NCBI RefSeq assembly: GCF_046119375.1 | Contig: NW_027362765.1 | Location: 95,976,001-96,040,000, forward strand | Direction: 5' to 3' | DNA from: Phyllobates terribilis | Lineage: Eukaryota | Length of the DNA: 64,000 nt | Part shown: in pieces, positions 61,552-64,000 of the stretch | Numbering within the stretch: position 1 is the stretch's first letter | Layout of the letters: each line of letters opens with the position of its first letter | Program-made: the position numbers and the translations under genes | Notes under the pieces: generated by a model | What the model was told of the DNA's origin: nothing | The model's input: the letters and a program-made list of their open reading frames with translations, nothing else | Database searches by the model: none

Positions 61552-62092
61552 GCAAGAGAAAAGCACGACTGTAAAGTATTGTAAAATATGCACTTAGTGG
61601 TGGGGTTGCCCATAGGTTTGAACCCAATGACAGCCTGCGGCGTAATGGCACAATGCTGCAGCCAATCATTGAGCTCAGTGACCCAAGTAGAGGGCACAAG
61701 CCGCTCAGTCGCTAAGCTCACTGATTGGCTGCAGCGTTGTCAATGTGCAGTCAGCTCTACAGACGCTGGAAACAGATGCAGAAACTCCTCGCTGGACCCG
61801 GGAGAATGGGTAAAGCTCAGTTTTTGTTTTTAAAATACAATGCAGTAATTTTTAAAAATGGTGTAATCATAGAAGACGTTCAATGGGAAAGCAAAGAAAT
61901 TCCCTTACAGCCCAATGTATTTCCTTACCTTGTATATATGGACAGCTCGGGGTCTCTTAGGTATACTGTCACAACAACGGTGTGTATACTTCATTATCAG
62001 TTCCTAGGGTAATGTACTCTCATATATGTGTGGATGTAAATAATAAATTGCACTCTGCCTCTTCAAATATAAATTAATTAGTATCACATATA

Positions 62093-63710
62093 CAGTGGGT
62101 ACGGAAAGTATTCAGACCCCTTTAAATTTTTCTCTTTATTTCACTGCGGCCATATGGTAAATTCTAAATTGTTTTTTTTTTTCTTCTCATTAAAGTACAC
62201 TCTGCGCCCCATCTTGACTGAGCAAAAACAGAAATGTAGACATTTTTGCAAATTTATGAAAAAAAACCTGAAATATCACATGGTCATAAGTATTCAGACC
62301 CTTTGCTCAGACACTCATATTTAAGTCACATGTTGTCCATTTCCTTGTGACCCTCCTTAAGATGGTTCTACTCCTTCATTGGAGTCCAGCTGTGTTTAAT
62401 TAAACTGATAGGATTTGATTTGGAAAGGCACACACCGGTCTATATAAGACCTCAGAGCTCACAGTGCATTTCAGACCAGATGAGAATCATGAGCTCAAAG
62501 GAACTGCCCAAGGAGCTCAGAGACAGAATTGTGGCAAGGCACAGATCTGGCCAAGGTTACAAAAGAATTTCTGCAGTACTCAAGGTTCCTAAGAGCACAG
62601 TGGCCTCCATAATCCTTAAATGGAAGAAGTTTGGGACCACCAGAAGTCTTCCTAGGCCGTCCAGCCAAACTGAGCAATCATGGGAGAAGAGCCTTGGTGA
62701 GAGAGGTAAAGAAGAACCCCAAGATCACTGAGGCTGAGCTCCAGAGATGGAGTTAGGGAGATGGGAGAAAGTTTCACAAAGTCAACTATCACTGCAGCCC
62801 TCCACCAGTCGGGCCTTTATGGCAGAGAGGCTTGACGGAAGCCTCTCCTCAGTGCAAGACATATGAAAGCCCGCATAGAGTTTGCTCAAAAACACATGAA
62901 GGACTCCCAGACTATGAGAAATTAGATTCTCTGGTCTGATGAGACAAAGATAGAACTTTTTGGTGGTAATTCTAAGTGGTATTTGTGTAGAAAACCAGGC
63001 ACTGCTCATCACCTGCCCAATACAATCCCAACAGTGAAACATGGTGGTGGCAGCATCATGCTATGGGGGTGTTTTTCAGTTGCAGGGACAGGACGACTGG
63101 TTGCAATTGAAGGAAACATAAATACTGCCAACTACAGAGATACCCTGGATTAAAACCAGTGCTCTGGACCTCAGACTTGGCCGAAGGTTCACCTTCCAAC
63201 AAAACAATGACCCTTAGCACACAGCTAAAATAACAAAGGAGTGGCTTCAGAACAACTCTGTGACCATTCTTGACTGGCCCAGCCAGAGCCCTGACCTAAA
63301 CCCAATTGAGCATCTCTGGAGAGACCTGAAAATGGCTGTCCACCAACGTTCACCATCCAACCTGACAGAACTGGAGAGGATCTGCAAGGAAGAATGGCAG
63401 AGGATCCCAAATCCAGATGTGAAAAACTTGTTGCATCATTCCCAAGAAGACTCATGGCTGTACTAGCTCAAAAGGGTGCTTCTACTCAATACTGAGCAAA
63501 GGGTGTGAATACTTATGACCATGTGATATTTCAGTTTTTCTTTTTTAATAAATCTGCAAAAACTTCTACATTTGTTTTTTTTTCACTCAAGATGGGGTAC
63601 AGAGTGTACATTAATGAGAAAAAAAAGAACTTTTTAGAATTTACCAAATGGCTGCAATGAAACAAAGAGTGAAAAACTTAAAGGGGTCTGAATACTTTCT
63701 GTACCCACTG
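62093..63710 (+). mobile_element. Full-length Tc1 element with multiply disrupted transposase
   Basis: TA|cagtgggtacggaaagtattcagacccct ... aggggtctgaatactttctgtacccactg|TA; [34 protein letters not shown] remnants. Confidence 0.9.
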
Positions 63711-64000
63711 TATATTCAAAAATTTGTACCCAAAGAAAGGGCGACAAAATTAAGAGTGCAGACGCCCCGATCGACTTTTGTCTCCCTGTGAATGTAGAAG
63801 AGCAAAGGTGCACATGCACGGTCACTGCTTTTTTTGAGACTGCCGCAGAAACTGCCACTTTCTGGCAGTTGGTGGGGATCATGCTCTCGGGCCACCACGA
63901 ATATTAGGTACAGGTGATTATCACTTTATACTGGAATACTCCTTTCAGGCCCAAAATGCCTGGGCCTTTAAGGGGTTATTGATGTTTTATGTCCTGGGTA

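Overview
Vertebrate genomic DNA, most likely from a frog (inferred from the amphibian-style Tc1, DIRS1, Harbinger and TTAA-MITE content). There are three host genes in the human 17q25.3 order and orientation. PDE6G (+) has 3 coding exons giving a complete 87 aa protein. TSPAN10 (-) has 3 coding exons giving about 327 aa. NPLOC4 (+) is present as coding exons 1-9 and continues beyond the window. Most of the remaining sequence is transposon-derived: six Tc1/mariner copies from different families (one Sleeping Beauty-like), a full-length decayed DIRS1 element with ITRs and ICR, three solo LTRs with 4-bp TSDs, Harbinger- and TTAA-type MITEs, and two minisatellites. The most unusual object is 8811-17466 (-): a pol-less LTR retroelement arranged LTR-ORF-LTR-ORF-LTR inside one 5-bp TSD (GCTCT). 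It encodes only a Sushi/Ty3-type Gag capsid N-terminal domain fused to 57-aa acidic repeats. It has no tRNA primer site, but has a 10-nt PBS exactly complementary to the sequence 30 nt downstream of its LTR TATA box (a Tf1-type self-priming signature), plus a strong splice acceptor just before the ORF. Two N-gaps are present, so the exact 3492-bp duplication needs read-level confirmation.
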